Shown piece by piece: positions 52,001-61,489 of a DNA stretch of 64,000 bases. A program made the translations under genes and the position numbers. This DNA comes from a virus (lineage: Duplodnaviria > Caudoviricetes). The notes under the pieces are model-generated. The model saw nothing but the letters and a program-made list of their open reading frames with translations. It made no database searches and had not been told where the DNA came from. Location: positions 32,001 to 96,000 of IMG/VR virus record IMGVR_UViG_3300035698_013504; one strand, written 5' to 3'. Position 1 is the first letter of the stretch. Each line of letters begins with the position of its first letter.

Positions 52001-52825
52001 CACGTTGAAGCCGCGGGTGATAACATTGATGCTAACCTGCGGGACCTGGCTAGACGCTCCGGCGCCGTTTCGGAAGCCGACAACAAGAAAATGACAGACT
52101 CAGAACGCGAAGAGGCGGGCACCGAAGAGGTTATGCGGCGTCTCTACTCTAAGGGTAGTTCCCCTAAATCTGCCGCGGAAGCCAATCGCGCGCGTAAAAC
52201 CTTGAAAGATTTCTCCGAAGCCAGAAAGCTCCACAATAAGCTTGCGTCTGATATAGCCGAGAAACAGCTCGACCCTGAGAAGCGCAAACAGATCACAGAC
52301 GAGGAGTACAAGAAGCGTGACATCGCTTTACAGCGTATGAACCGGGCAGCCAACGCGGCCGCGGGGGTTTTGAAGAGCGCGTCGACCAAATCAGGCGCCG
52401 AAACGAAGGAAGAGCGAGATAAACTCCAAAAGAACATGGAGCGGGACCTTATTCCACTCGAGAAGAAGGATACGGACCGCAAAATAGTCGCTGTGAAGAA
52501 AGCAGCCGACGAGTTGAAGAAAAAGGAGGCCGCTGAGCGCCTCAAAGCTGAAAAGGCGGCCGGAAGTGCCCCAAGCTCTGAAGAGGACCGCCATGGAGCT
52601 GCTGGGCGTGCTGATGGGGATGCCGCGCCCCACAGCGGTGCTGATGAACTCATCGGTAAGGGTAAGACAGAGTCTGGAACGGGTAAAGCAGCGTCTTCAG
52701 GCAATGCATCACTCGAGAAATTGAATGAAATCGCCCAACATACCAAGGATCTGGCTACAGTTGTGACTCAACTCGTTAAAGATGCCAATAAAGACCCCGC
52801 AACCGGAAAGTTTTCAAAAGGGTAA
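49061..52825 (+). CDS. Tape measure protein
   Basis: 1254-aa helical Ala/Glu/Lys/Arg-rich ORF after the chaperone pair and before baseplate genes. Confidence 0.7.
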   Translation: MAGEYGGGSGSWGIVKGNTLAPLIELARHPAMSQIAPPLMKLINELSGNKYKLPLGSSYSPLAEFEHQRNMNAKYRISQQMTRQYDAPVATEFFTNASDVERVGQVFGDIWSGDQDLTAQGRWAFQTARAIDPKMFEMGFLGGRPSAQRMAMQVYQMEQMRMPLGETPNARSVSNITSHVIDSWFPGGENRSPFPNLQANEVTELMSELGSAGYLPPAMTDAEARREATRQLGAGGMRGMSRKQRDDRIAKYSKGFGGAEGLRLTEERIGKSMFEALDDEGQTAAMGRAETSQVLEKTTEWGKMVSNLKNIFGEGAAIPELFKALKDLTGGASAGMNAEQVDTFTSRIRHMAKLGNISGTEMRQAALMGVQRGKMMGIPYAPLAAEMTTEALYNMKTYNKGARSASGYMAMDDKEVFQADEASMASAIKSRTGTFFGMVGYLKKNVIGDEPANNQEAAVLDLEKDLRSRDPKVAMAALRKVRSGEADDMVVAALGGDANRFMNLKRDKLTLGKHIKDEGGGAVARDLHSLEKWNTDVKNLVFGSKTFRDAADATDDFDAGRTDTATVKMNKLWDTITKETDVTNPYDRNVVAEGLRKSGAFVVQNSPLEAEQLGRSAWAEHGDETQYAEHKAIYDSQPARMSHQKKQEATITQLGRMAQARHIKRLANVIRESNVAAYGSDAKAAMRDYTRRTKGSLIGHTRENRAMLEARADLEKEFRRDFGSDDPRSFGQRLLAFVGSPNSDDAKRALQDVMLTGAGVNPEAAKRLAKIDAQANAETNPAKSEDWTRSYVSASKDAGPDLNRVLEEKLAVALAKGDPVEREAALNELKKVAKFTDATEDKFNKNLTLLTSGSDAGNRRQEILMARYRMKRADEAVDLETATEASELAGVVGAHSRFTNSYRDIEELQNREDKLALATNDTSRAALEKRRDTASRWVALNSPEVHALRQRMKGEDKSDDEINKAVKAKVGELSKRTALEHVEAAGDNIDANLRDLARRSGAVSEADNKKMTDSEREEAGTEEVMRRLYSKGSSPKSAAEANRARKTLKDFSEARKLHNKLASDIAEKQLDPEKRKQITDEEYKKRDIALQRMNRAANAAAGVLKSASTKSGAETKEERDKLQKNMERDLIPLEKKDTDRKIVAVKKAADELKKKEAAERLKAEKAAGSAPSSEEDRHGAAGRADGDAAPHSGADELIGKGKTESGTGKAASSGNASLEKLNEIAQHTKDLATVVTQLVKDANKDPATGKFSKG

Positions 52826-52836
52826 GGGTAAGTGCT

Positions 52837-53316
52837 ATGCCGGATATATTCCTTTCGTCGCCCGGAAAAGTTAACGTGATTGAGGCGCCAACCGGCGCCC
52901 CCGCGAAAGTGGTACTGTCGGCCGGTGCACCGGGTAGCCCCGACGTCTTTGCCGGTAACATTATTCTTACGGATATCGGCTACAACCAGGCAACAAAGCA
53001 CCAATTTATGTCATCCCTGCGCGACATAGTATACGTTTACGTGTTCGGGGACCAGATGGGCTCTATCGTTCTTAGCGGCATCTCGTTCTCAGAAAGCTGC
53101 GCCAACCCGTCCGCTAAAGCCGGGATAAACACGGTAATGGAGTACTACAAAACGTATCGGGTTTCCCAGACAAACGACACTGTCAAAGTCACGTTGGGCG
53201 GCTACACAATCGCTGGGTTTATGACAGGGCTGAACCTTCAAACGTTGTCCAGCGATGTTGAGTTTCTGATCAACAGGTTCCGCTTTACCATCAACACACT
53301 TCCAGGGACTACGTAA
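52837..53316 (+). CDS. Tube-like baseplate/tail initiation protein
   Basis: YNQATKHQFMSSLRDIVYVYVFGDQMGSIVLSG pattern resembles tube-fold proteins; position after the tape measure. Confidence 0.5.
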   Translation: MPDIFLSSPGKVNVIEAPTGAPAKVVLSAGAPGSPDVFAGNIILTDIGYNQATKHQFMSSLRDIVYVYVFGDQMGSIVLSGISFSESCANPSAKAGINTVMEYYKTYRVSQTNDTVKVTLGGYTIAGFMTGLNLQTLSSDVEFLINRFRFTINTLPGTT

Positions 53317-54119
53317 TGATCAATCATGTACGAACGCTGCTACTGAACCGGGAGGGTAGTGAACGTCCCGCCGCGAGCTTCTACGGTGAAGAGTATGTCC
53401 CTACTGACTTTCACCCGCTTGAGCTTCCCTCGCACGCTGTCAACGTGTGGCAAACTCTATTCGGTACCAACCCGGATAACTACTTCCTGAACTTCAGATT
53501 GTGGCAATACACGCGCCTGCTCCACTCCACCGAGTTTGTAAATTACGTGACAGGTCTAGACTCTCGTATCACGTATGACCTGGATAACTCGTTGGTCAAC
53601 TATGACTACGGCGTAAATATGCAGCGCCTTTTCAGTGGCGGGACGGCGCAGCTACACCCTGTTGGCGGATTGAATACTGTATATTCAGACGGTCAGATGC
53701 ATCTTCGCTGGACAGCCACGATGAAGGCCGGGCCGCGGATTGAAATAAAGAACATCAACGGCAACTCGGTGCGTGAGCACGACGTTACATGGGTAGCCGG
53801 TCAGAGTAGCCTGTTCCCGTTACATGGTCATGGCGATAACTTCTTTGGCCGGATCCTCGCCGAATCCGCCGAAGCATGGGTGGCCGAACGACAGTGGATC
53901 GTTGACGCTATAATGTTTCCGGACATGTCACTGGCGGACGTCGCTGCCCGGCTCGCAAATGTGGGGTCATCACTGGATACACTGTTCAGTCCTGACAAGG
54001 AGCCGTATAAATCCTTCGGTGAGTTGTGGAACTACCACTCTCTGTTACCGTACAGGTTGTCTGGGGTGTTACTCGCCTTGGCATACAGAATAGAGGAGCT
54101 ACGAGTTGGCGCCGCCTAA
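53316..54119 (+). CDS. Hypothetical tail/baseplate protein
   Basis: TAATG overlap; position in the tail module. Confidence 0.65.
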   Translation: MINHVRTLLLNREGSERPAASFYGEEYVPTDFHPLELPSHAVNVWQTLFGTNPDNYFLNFRLWQYTRLLHSTEFVNYVTGLDSRITYDLDNSLVNYDYGVNMQRLFSGGTAQLHPVGGLNTVYSDGQMHLRWTATMKAGPRIEIKNINGNSVREHDVTWVAGQSSLFPLHGHGDNFFGRILAESAEAWVAERQWIVDAIMFPDMSLADVAARLANVGSSLDTLFSPDKEPYKSFGELWNYHSLLPYRLSGVLLALAYRIEELRVGAA

Positions 54120-55935
54120 ATATTACTGGTCAAACCTAAAGTTGTGGGCGGAAATTAAAGGTTTCGGACCTAAGGTGGATCTTGTTGCTGTAAACATCCA
54201 CTACGCCATCGACGGGATACCTACCGCAACGATGCGCTTAGCGGTTGGGCGCACGGTAGAGGGTAGCTACGCGCAGGCACATAACACCATTAACTCGAAC
54301 CACCTATTCGAGGAGATCTCGATCAAATTCACCGGCGAGGCCAAGCCAGACGGGCGTGCAGGCCCTGGCGGAGCATCGTGGCCCGCCGCGGGCACAACCA
54401 TCTTCAAGGGCTATGTAGTTGACCCCGGGTACTCATCTGACGGGCAGACCGTAGGGTTTACGCTTGCGGCGAGAGGGTGGCTTATAGATATGGATGGATC
54501 TATAACATCCTCGCGATCGTATTCCAATCCAGATCAACACGGATTTATGGGCCCGCCCCGTTACCCTGGGGATATGACCGCTACAGAGAAAAAGGACAGG
54601 ATAACGCCGCAAGAAGCCATGGGCGTACATTTCAACAAGATGTACAGCACCAATATGTGGGAAATGTTGAAGGCGGCGTTTACGTTCTTGACAAGCGAGG
54701 CTGTCTGGAACCCGCGGCGAAGAGGTTCAGCCAGCGCAGTTGCTAATGAACCCGGAGCCGCGGCCATCGACAAGTTCAACCCGGCTAGTTTCGGCGTCTC
54801 AATTCCTGAGTTGAAGTTGCCCTCCAGGGCGCTTGGTAAACGTATCAATTGGGACGTAGGTAAACAACTCGCGACCATCATATTCAACAACTGGTCGGGC
54901 GGCACACTTTGGCAAGCGATGCTGGCATACTGTAGAGAGTTCCTTACGCACATAGTACCCACTGTTGATAACGCCTTTCTCGTGCCGGTTGTTCCACAAC
55001 TCGGCGGCAATAGGGTGTGGAGAATTATCAACGACACAGAATACTCGGTGCTTAGCATGGCCAAGCCGTCACCGGAACAGCCTACAACTGGTGTGAAGTT
55101 AATGCCGTCCGTGGTTGGCGCCTCAGCCACAGGACACCACAGCGGCGAAAACGTTAAGTCGCTACACTATTTTGGGTATTTTGACACAGAATCGCTCGAC
55201 GTCGGGGCAAAGCGTAAAGGCGCGATCAGGTTTTTTCAGTCCCCCGCATGGCTTCTAGGTGGCTGGCCGCCGGGACGCCAGGCCGGTAAAAGTGCTGGCT
55301 TCCAGGCCAGCAAGGAGGGCGGCAAAGCCCCCGGCCTGCCCCGCGCTGCAGATAATGGTAAGACAGACCTAGAAAAGTCCGCCAAAAATGGTAAGACGGC
55401 CACCGATCGATCAGATTTTATAGACCAGACGCAGCAGAAGGCAGGTGCGCCGAGTAACGATCTAAAGGGCGACGATGAAACCATAGATGTATCAAAAACG
55501 ACTCAAGTCTATGATGGAGTAACGGTGGGCGGTACCGCGGCGCCGAGTGCTGACGTGTCCATTCTCAACATGGGCACCCGGTACGCTAAGACACTGTTGA
55601 TGAACTTATTGTTTGCCGCTCGCCAGATAACCATTGGCGGTCGACTCCGATTCGACATAGCCCCAGGGTCAATCGTAAAGGTACAGGGCTTGGGTGATCG
55701 TTTGACGGGATACAGCGAACAGTCACTCTTTGGTATGGTGAAAGAGGTCGTTATCTCGGTTAACGTAAGCAATACGTCTGGAGCGGCGACAACGTCTTTT
55801 GTTATCTCGCACATTAGAACCGCGAAGGAACAAGGTAGCAAAACGATGACACACGACTCGCACCCTATATTCACCGACGCTGGAAATATTTGGTACGGCT
55901 GCCCGCTCCTCGAGCCCGGCAAGTCTGGAGGCTAA
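54106..55935 (+). CDS. Putative baseplate hub protein (gp27/Mu gp44-like)
   Basis: GAGGAG RBS plus TTG; IFKGYVVD...FTLAARGWL and C-terminal GRLRFDIAPGSIVKV...GMVKEVVI patterns. Confidence 0.6.
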   Translation: MAPPKYYWSNLKLWAEIKGFGPKVDLVAVNIHYAIDGIPTATMRLAVGRTVEGSYAQAHNTINSNHLFEEISIKFTGEAKPDGRAGPGGASWPAAGTTIFKGYVVDPGYSSDGQTVGFTLAARGWLIDMDGSITSSRSYSNPDQHGFMGPPRYPGDMTATEKKDRITPQEAMGVHFNKMYSTNMWEMLKAAFTFLTSEAVWNPRRRGSASAVANEPGAAAIDKFNPASFGVSIPELKLPSRALGKRINWDVGKQLATIIFNNWSGGTLWQAMLAYCREFLTHIVPTVDNAFLVPVVPQLGGNRVWRIINDTEYSVLSMAKPSPEQPTTGVKLMPSVVGASATGHHSGENVKSLHYFGYFDTESLDVGAKRKGAIRFFQSPAWLLGGWPPGRQAGKSAGFQASKEGGKAPGLPRAADNGKTDLEKSAKNGKTATDRSDFIDQTQQKAGAPSNDLKGDDETIDVSKTTQVYDGVTVGGTAAPSADVSILNMGTRYAKTLLMNLLFAARQITIGGRLRFDIAPGSIVKVQGLGDRLTGYSEQSLFGMVKEVVISVNVSNTSGAATTSFVISHIRTAKEQGSKTMTHDSHPIFTDAGNIWYGCPLLEPGKSGG

Positions 55936-55942
55936 CACCCCA

Positions 55943-56728
55943 ATGGCTAAAACACAGATAAATACATGGTTTGGAGGCAGCGCACCTAAGGCGTCCGCGC
56001 CAGCTGCTCCGCCCGCACGATCAGATCTGGACGTTCAGTTTGACGCATGGAAGGCCAAGCCTAATATGCAAACACTGAACAGCTTGCTCGACGCGTCTAT
56101 GCCAACCATCAATGCGGCGGCTACATCTTATGCGCGCGGCCAGCAGGATCAAGTCATGTCTCAAGCGAAGAAGTTGGCCATCAAAGCCTTCCACAAATAC
56201 CGACCGGACAGCGGCACCCAGCTTAGAACTTACATCATGACCCAGCTTCAGCCGCTGTACCGAGTGGCGCACAAGCGTCGGTCGAGCGTGCGTATTCCAG
56301 AGCAGGCCTCGCGCGAGTTGTACAGCTCAGATCTTGTGCGTAAAGAGTTGACTAGTGAACTTGGTCGGGAACCCTCAGATGACGAGCTTGCTGACCGCGT
56401 AGGCATTTCAAGGTCGCGCATGAGGTTCCTGGACAGGTATAATCGACCTGAGCGGTATGAAGGCTCGGCGTTTGATGAACAGGGCGTGCCGGTGTTCGTA
56501 GGCACAGAAGACGCCAGCGCTGAGCAGATCTGGATTGAATTCGTGTACCACGACCTAGGCCCGATCGACAAGAAGATCCTCGAGTGGAAGACCGGGTTGA
56601 ACGGTAAGCCGATTCACGCAACACAGGAGATCGCAAAGAGGCTCAACATGACACCGTCCGCCGTCTCTCAGCGAACGGCCAAGATCCAGGCGAAACTGTC
56701 GGAGGCTCCTGATCAGTGGGAACAGTAG
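55943..56728 (+). CDS. sigma-70 family RNA polymerase sigma factor (regions 2-4)
   Basis: Region 2 AIKAFHKYRPDSGTQLRTY...RSSVRIP; region 3 ELGREPSDDELADRVGIS; region 4 HTH TQEIAKRLNMTPSAVSQ. Confidence 0.85.
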   Translation: MAKTQINTWFGGSAPKASAPAAPPARSDLDVQFDAWKAKPNMQTLNSLLDASMPTINAAATSYARGQQDQVMSQAKKLAIKAFHKYRPDSGTQLRTYIMTQLQPLYRVAHKRRSSVRIPEQASRELYSSDLVRKELTSELGREPSDDELADRVGISRSRMRFLDRYNRPERYEGSAFDEQGVPVFVGTEDASAEQIWIEFVYHDLGPIDKKILEWKTGLNGKPIHATQEIAKRLNMTPSAVSQRTAKIQAKLSEAPDQWEQ

Positions 56729-56736
56729 ACACAAAC

Positions 56737-57150
56737 ATGGAGAAGAAGATCCGCTGGATCATGGCAAATCTCGCCACGGCTGCAAACGCCCTGTCGGGGG
56801 CAGATCGCCGTGAATGGCCTGACTTCTTTGATGAAGACGACGCCGAGAACACCCCACTACCGCAGGACACTGAGGCTATCCATAACTGCTTCAACCGCGA
56901 TGAAGCCATACGTCGGATACAGGCCACACAGTCTGACCCGTCAGCGCAGCTGCGGGACGTGATTGTTGATAGGCTGGCCGTTGATGTTCTGGGCGCCATG
57001 GAAAGATGTTACCGAGCGCGCCATAGAACGCGTATTCGTGACATAGCGCACCGATCGGCAACACTATCGTCGGCGGGTACGCCCGCAGGCACCATTTATC
57101 GCAGTTACATGGACTACCCGCAGAGAATGATGCAGGCAGGTGGTGAATAA
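56737..57150 (+). CDS. Hypothetical protein
   Basis: ATG 56737 after the sigma stop; TAATG overlap with the next gene. Confidence 0.65.
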   Translation: MEKKIRWIMANLATAANALSGADRREWPDFFDEDDAENTPLPQDTEAIHNCFNRDEAIRRIQATQSDPSAQLRDVIVDRLAVDVLGAMERCYRARHRTRIRDIAHRSATLSSAGTPAGTIYRSYMDYPQRMMQAGGE

Positions 57151-57635
57151 TGGCAAGCTCTGACTACACAAACCGACTTCATGACCTACTCATCTTCCAG
57201 GGCGCTAGTCCTGAAGGCAATGTCCCTATCACCATAGCCATTGGCGACGTGGCCAGCATCACGACCGGAGCGCAAAAGGTTGCGCAGCTATTCTACAGCA
57301 TGCTTCTGACTCAAACAGGCACAGTAGCCGGGGAGCCCACACTGGGCACGGATTTCCTCTACGAGTTGCAGCGCGGCGGTTTACGTACTGAGTCAGATGT
57401 TCAAGCAAAATTCGGCTATGCCGTAACCCAGATACTTGATAGCATGTCGGTACGGTGGGAATCTGAAGAGGTCAACGGAGAGATCCCGACGATTTCGCCC
57501 GACGAACGCCTGACTAATATCGAGCTAATCAACTTCTCGATCGAAGTAGATAAGCTGATGCTGCGAGTGCGCCTGACAACAGAAGCAGGCGACAGTCGAG
57601 AGTACTTCTATCCTGTAACGGTAGCGATCACATGA
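57150..57635 (+). CDS. gp25-like baseplate wedge protein
   Basis: ITTGAQKVAQLFYSMLLTQTGT...LGTDF and DERLTNIEL..F.IEVDKL.LRV.L.TEAG patterns; followed by a baseplate J-like gene. Confidence 0.7.
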   Translation: MASSDYTNRLHDLLIFQGASPEGNVPITIAIGDVASITTGAQKVAQLFYSMLLTQTGTVAGEPTLGTDFLYELQRGGLRTESDVQAKFGYAVTQILDSMSVRWESEEVNGEIPTISPDERLTNIELINFSIEVDKLMLRVRLTTEAGDSREYFYPVTVAIT

Positions 57636-59278
57636 GCACGACCCTATTTGACATTGACCAACTGTCGGACGCTGAACTTGAACAGGCACGCTCCTTTCTG
57701 CGCGAGACACTCGGCAACGAGTATCCTAGCCTGGACCTCAAGACGGGCAGCGTCTGGAACGATCTATTGATCCGTATCGCCGCGATCTTCCACGCGTTGG
57801 AGCAGCAAGATATTGAGGCTCTACAGCGTAGCATGTCGCTTGCGGCTATAAACGCCGACCCGACGCTTGCTGACCCTGACTACGTCAACGGCGTTATGTC
57901 CAACTTCCTCATCGAACGTGATGATGGCGCTAAGGCAACCGGATATGTGCGAGTCATCCTCAACGCGCTACAGACAACAATTATCAACGATGGCACTACG
58001 TTCACGACGGGTGAATACGTATTTACCACTGAAGCAACCTATGTGGGTGTTACGGATGCCACGGCCGTACTAAGGTCTACGGAGCGACTGATTGAGCTGC
58101 GTAGCGACGGTAACTACGAGTTCACGATCCCGGTCGTCGCCGCCGCTGAAGGTACAGGGTACAACATCGAGAAGGGTACTGACCTGACGATGAGCCCGGC
58201 GCCTACGCCACTAGTACTCAGTGAGGCCGCCGTAGACTTTGAGAGCGGGCTAGCGCAGGAGACAAACGCAGCGTTGACAGCAAAGCTGAGCAACGGTATC
58301 ACCGCTAAGGTGCTTTCCGGCCGCCAGCACATCGCGGCCCTTCTGCGCGAGCAGCTGGCCTCCATCGCCTCAATCTCCATCATCGGGTTCGGTGACCCCG
58401 AGATGCTTCGTGATAAGCACAACGTCATGCAGCTTGCGGTGGGCGGTAAGTCTGATATCTACGTACAGACACAGCCCGCACCTATCAGGAAGACTCTAAC
58501 GGTTACGGCAACACTGGTCGACGCCGATACGAAAGAGTGGCAGTTCGGCATAGCGCGGGACGACGCTCCTGGGTTCCTGCTGGTGTCATCCGTTTACGAA
58601 AGCTCTAGTTCCGGTGGATCATTGGAGTTGTCATATCAGGCTCGTGCCGCTGATATCTCCCAAGAGAGCAGCGAGTTTGTCCCCTACATTGACACGACTA
58701 CGTCTGTGGAAAGCGCATACTCGCGATACCAGACAAGTGTATTGCGTTTCCTGGACCCGAGTACAGCCGCTACAGTCGTCGTCGGAGACACAGCGACGTA
58801 CTACTGTGACGTTTGGTACCTCCCAGGTGTTGACACACTACAGGATTACATCAATCAGCGCGGCGTTCACACTCCGCAAGCGGACTACCTTTTGCGTGCG
58901 CCGATCCCGCTGTGGTCGACCGTGTCTGCACTCGTCAAGTACAAGAATGGCACGGTACAGCCCAGTGAGTCAGCGGTACAGCAGGCTGTCCTCGACCAGG
59001 TTAATGGTGTAGGCTTTGGTTCCGGCATCCTGGAGACTTCCGACATCATCGCCGCGATCAAGGATGTGATCGGGGAAGAGTCATACGTTTCCTCGCCGAT
59101 CGAGATCTCAGCAAGGCTCTACAAGCCGGACGGCACCTCCGTGCTTTACCGGTCTAACACAGCCATCAACATCCCGAATGACTTTACGAACAGCATCTCG
59201 TCGAGGACAGCGATGTTCCTCATCGTGGCGTCCAACATCTCGATCACGTTCGAGACGGTGGACACGGTTGAAGTGTAA
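57632..59278 (+). CDS. Baseplate J-like protein
   Basis: GAKATGYVRV, GTTFTT..YVFTT, VAAAEGTGYNI, GLAQETNAAL motifs; position after gp25-like gene. Confidence 0.75.
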   Translation: MSTTLFDIDQLSDAELEQARSFLRETLGNEYPSLDLKTGSVWNDLLIRIAAIFHALEQQDIEALQRSMSLAAINADPTLADPDYVNGVMSNFLIERDDGAKATGYVRVILNALQTTIINDGTTFTTGEYVFTTEATYVGVTDATAVLRSTERLIELRSDGNYEFTIPVVAAAEGTGYNIEKGTDLTMSPAPTPLVLSEAAVDFESGLAQETNAALTAKLSNGITAKVLSGRQHIAALLREQLASIASISIIGFGDPEMLRDKHNVMQLAVGGKSDIYVQTQPAPIRKTLTVTATLVDADTKEWQFGIARDDAPGFLLVSSVYESSSSGGSLELSYQARAADISQESSEFVPYIDTTTSVESAYSRYQTSVLRFLDPSTAATVVVGDTATYYCDVWYLPGVDTLQDYINQRGVHTPQADYLLRAPIPLWSTVSALVKYKNGTVQPSESAVQQAVLDQVNGVGFGSGILETSDIIAAIKDVIGEESYVSSPIEISARLYKPDGTSVLYRSNTAINIPNDFTNSISSRTAMFLIVASNISITFETVDTVEV

Positions 59279-59281
59279 CTT

Positions 59282-59299
59282 TAGCAGCGCGTTACTAAC
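59282..59299. promoter_or_regulatory. Recurring intergenic motif, copy 5
   Basis: TAGCAGCGCGTTACTAAC directly before ATG 59300. Confidence 0.45.
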
Positions 59300-60883
59300 A
59301 TGACAGAGCCACAATATCCAGCAGCTGACTTTCGAAGAGGCAACGACCTACTGCAGTCTCTAGGTACGTTCTGGTCCTACTTCTTCGAGGACGCCCACAA
59401 ACTACAGGCGCACCTCCGGCACCAGGGGTGGCTGCATGAACAGGCCTACCTTGACTTCCTCGAGACCGTTGCCGCCCTGTCCAGGTTCACAGTGCCCGTG
59501 TTTCATAAGGAGAACTGGCACCAGCTGTTGATCAAGCAGAGCGACCTGAACACACGCCCCCTCTATTATGGTGAGGGAGCCATCTATGGCGCGCAGGACG
59601 GTAGTGACCCCGGCCACCCCCAGGGTACGATCTACGAGTATGGTGGGCCAGGAACAGCTCAACTCTACGAGTTCCCACTGCCGGGCGATCTCAAGCAGAG
59701 TAGGTACCAGATACTCAACCGCGTGATCTACCCGAGCGTCGTGTGGACATCTGGCGTCGAGTTCGAGATCGACCTGGAGAAGAACGTTATTCGCTTCCGC
59801 GAGAACCCGTTCGATAACGAGTTGATATCACAGGTGGAGACGTACGACGACACAACAGGCGTCAAGACCGAAACCAAAGCCGCCCTGTGGATCTACAACA
59901 GCGCATGGGATCTCGAACAGATCTATACGCAGTTCGGATATGCTATCGGGCTGCGGCTCGACTCTAGCGAGTTCTACCGCGACCTACTCAATGCCTTCTG
60001 GTCCTCTTTTGTGGCCGGGCCGTCCCTCGAGCACCTGCAGGGCTTCCTGTCCGCGGTAAGCGGGCTGCCGATCGTACGAGAGACCAGCGAAGTTGTTGAG
60101 GTCGTACGCACCGAGCCGAGCGCGAAGCTGGTGATTACCGACCAGCACGTCTACAGCTTCCCCGTGGCCGCCACAGTTACGGCGACCGTGGGCGATACCG
60201 TATACGCCGGTGACACCCTAGTCGACGATATCGAGATCATTGAACTCGCGGGCAACAGTCCCGATTACACGAGTGTCCCGGCCATCTCCGTGGGTAAGCA
60301 GTTTCTCACCGGAGGGTATTACGGTGAGCTTGTCTTTGAGAACAAAAGTGTCAGCCTGGTATACAGTGGACTTGATGCTGACGGCCGGGCGGTTGCGACC
60401 TTCGAGTTGTCAGGGTTCCCCGCGGACGTGGCACAGTTCTGGATCGACGTGCAGACACGAGGTAAGCAGGCGGGCATGCAGACACTCGCGGAGATGTTGG
60501 ACACCCGTGAGAACCCGACAGTGGAGCCGACCGCGGAATATCTCCCCGCGACAATCAACCCTGTGCAGTTCTTAATCGAGAACTTCTTCGCCAACAATAT
60601 GTTCCTAATTCGGCTCAATAGGAGCGCATTTCCGTCAAACGCTCCGGGCATCTCGTGCCTACGGCACCTGCGAAATATGCTTCCGCCCCACATTACCTAT
60701 CTGATCTTTATCGAGTTGGCCCCTACGCTCGAAGAGATCGATTTGTCGGAGTCTACGGACGCGCCCGGGATATATCACGCTTTGCCTGTGACGACATCTG
60801 TAGTAAACTGTAGTGGTGCAGGCGACCCCGGTATTGTCGAGGTTCACGCCCGTGTTTGGCCTGTATCGCTGACCTGTAACTAG
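59300..60883 (+). CDS. Baseplate wedge protein
   Basis: Follows baseplate J-like gene; GPSLEHLQGFLSAVSGLP and LRHLRNMLPPHITY patterns. Confidence 0.6.
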   Translation: MTEPQYPAADFRRGNDLLQSLGTFWSYFFEDAHKLQAHLRHQGWLHEQAYLDFLETVAALSRFTVPVFHKENWHQLLIKQSDLNTRPLYYGEGAIYGAQDGSDPGHPQGTIYEYGGPGTAQLYEFPLPGDLKQSRYQILNRVIYPSVVWTSGVEFEIDLEKNVIRFRENPFDNELISQVETYDDTTGVKTETKAALWIYNSAWDLEQIYTQFGYAIGLRLDSSEFYRDLLNAFWSSFVAGPSLEHLQGFLSAVSGLPIVRETSEVVEVVRTEPSAKLVITDQHVYSFPVAATVTATVGDTVYAGDTLVDDIEIIELAGNSPDYTSVPAISVGKQFLTGGYYGELVFENKSVSLVYSGLDADGRAVATFELSGFPADVAQFWIDVQTRGKQAGMQTLAEMLDTRENPTVEPTAEYLPATINPVQFLIENFFANNMFLIRLNRSAFPSNAPGISCLRHLRNMLPPHITYLIFIELAPTLEEIDLSESTDAPGIYHALPVTTSVVNCSGAGDPGIVEVHARVWPVSLTCN

Positions 60884-60895
60884 AGGAGCGCCAAG

Positions 60896-61483
60896 ATGGC
60901 TGCTGCAATTTGCGACTCGCTTAAACCCGGATGGGCCCATGGCTTCGTTCGCCTGTTCTTGATCGATAAGGATACTGGACAAAAGACCCTGCTCGTCGAG
61001 AAACACAATACAATTCTCTACTCGGGCGCCGATATTATGGCCGCCAGCCTTACGGGCGACCTGTCGTATAAGGTGGCGGGTATGTACTTCGAGTACAAAA
61101 ACCTGACGCTGCCAGGTGACGCTATCTCAGCGCCTACGTATGATCGTACTGGCGGCATTGACTACTACAACGCTCTGGCCGACCCCTATGACGTGATACG
61201 AGTACCGTTGACCACATCGCCCGCTATCGCGTCGTCAGATGCAACGAAATACAGCGGTAACCAGGTAACCTTCTACGCCGCCACTGAGGGGATCGCCGGT
61301 GCAATTGCCAGCCTACCCTTCGCAGACGCCAACAACAGCGCCGTATTTGGCGTTGGCCTTGTTGCAACGCCGGACTGGACTACACAGGCCAGCGATGTCG
61401 TTTTCGCCCGTACGTACGTCGATAAGGTCCTGAAGGCGGCTAACTACGAGATTGGCTGTGCGTGGGTAATCCGCTGCACCTAA
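60896..61483 (+). CDS. Baseplate/tail-fibre attachment protein (putative)
   Basis: GAGGAG RBS; EKHNTILYSGADI...VFARTY...IGCAWVI pattern. Confidence 0.55.
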   Translation: MAAAICDSLKPGWAHGFVRLFLIDKDTGQKTLLVEKHNTILYSGADIMAASLTGDLSYKVAGMYFEYKNLTLPGDAISAPTYDRTGGIDYYNALADPYDVIRVPLTTSPAIASSDATKYSGNQVTFYAATEGIAGAIASLPFADANNSAVFGVGLVATPDWTTQASDVVFARTYVDKVLKAANYEIGCAWVIRCT

Positions 61484-61489
61484 GCGAGG

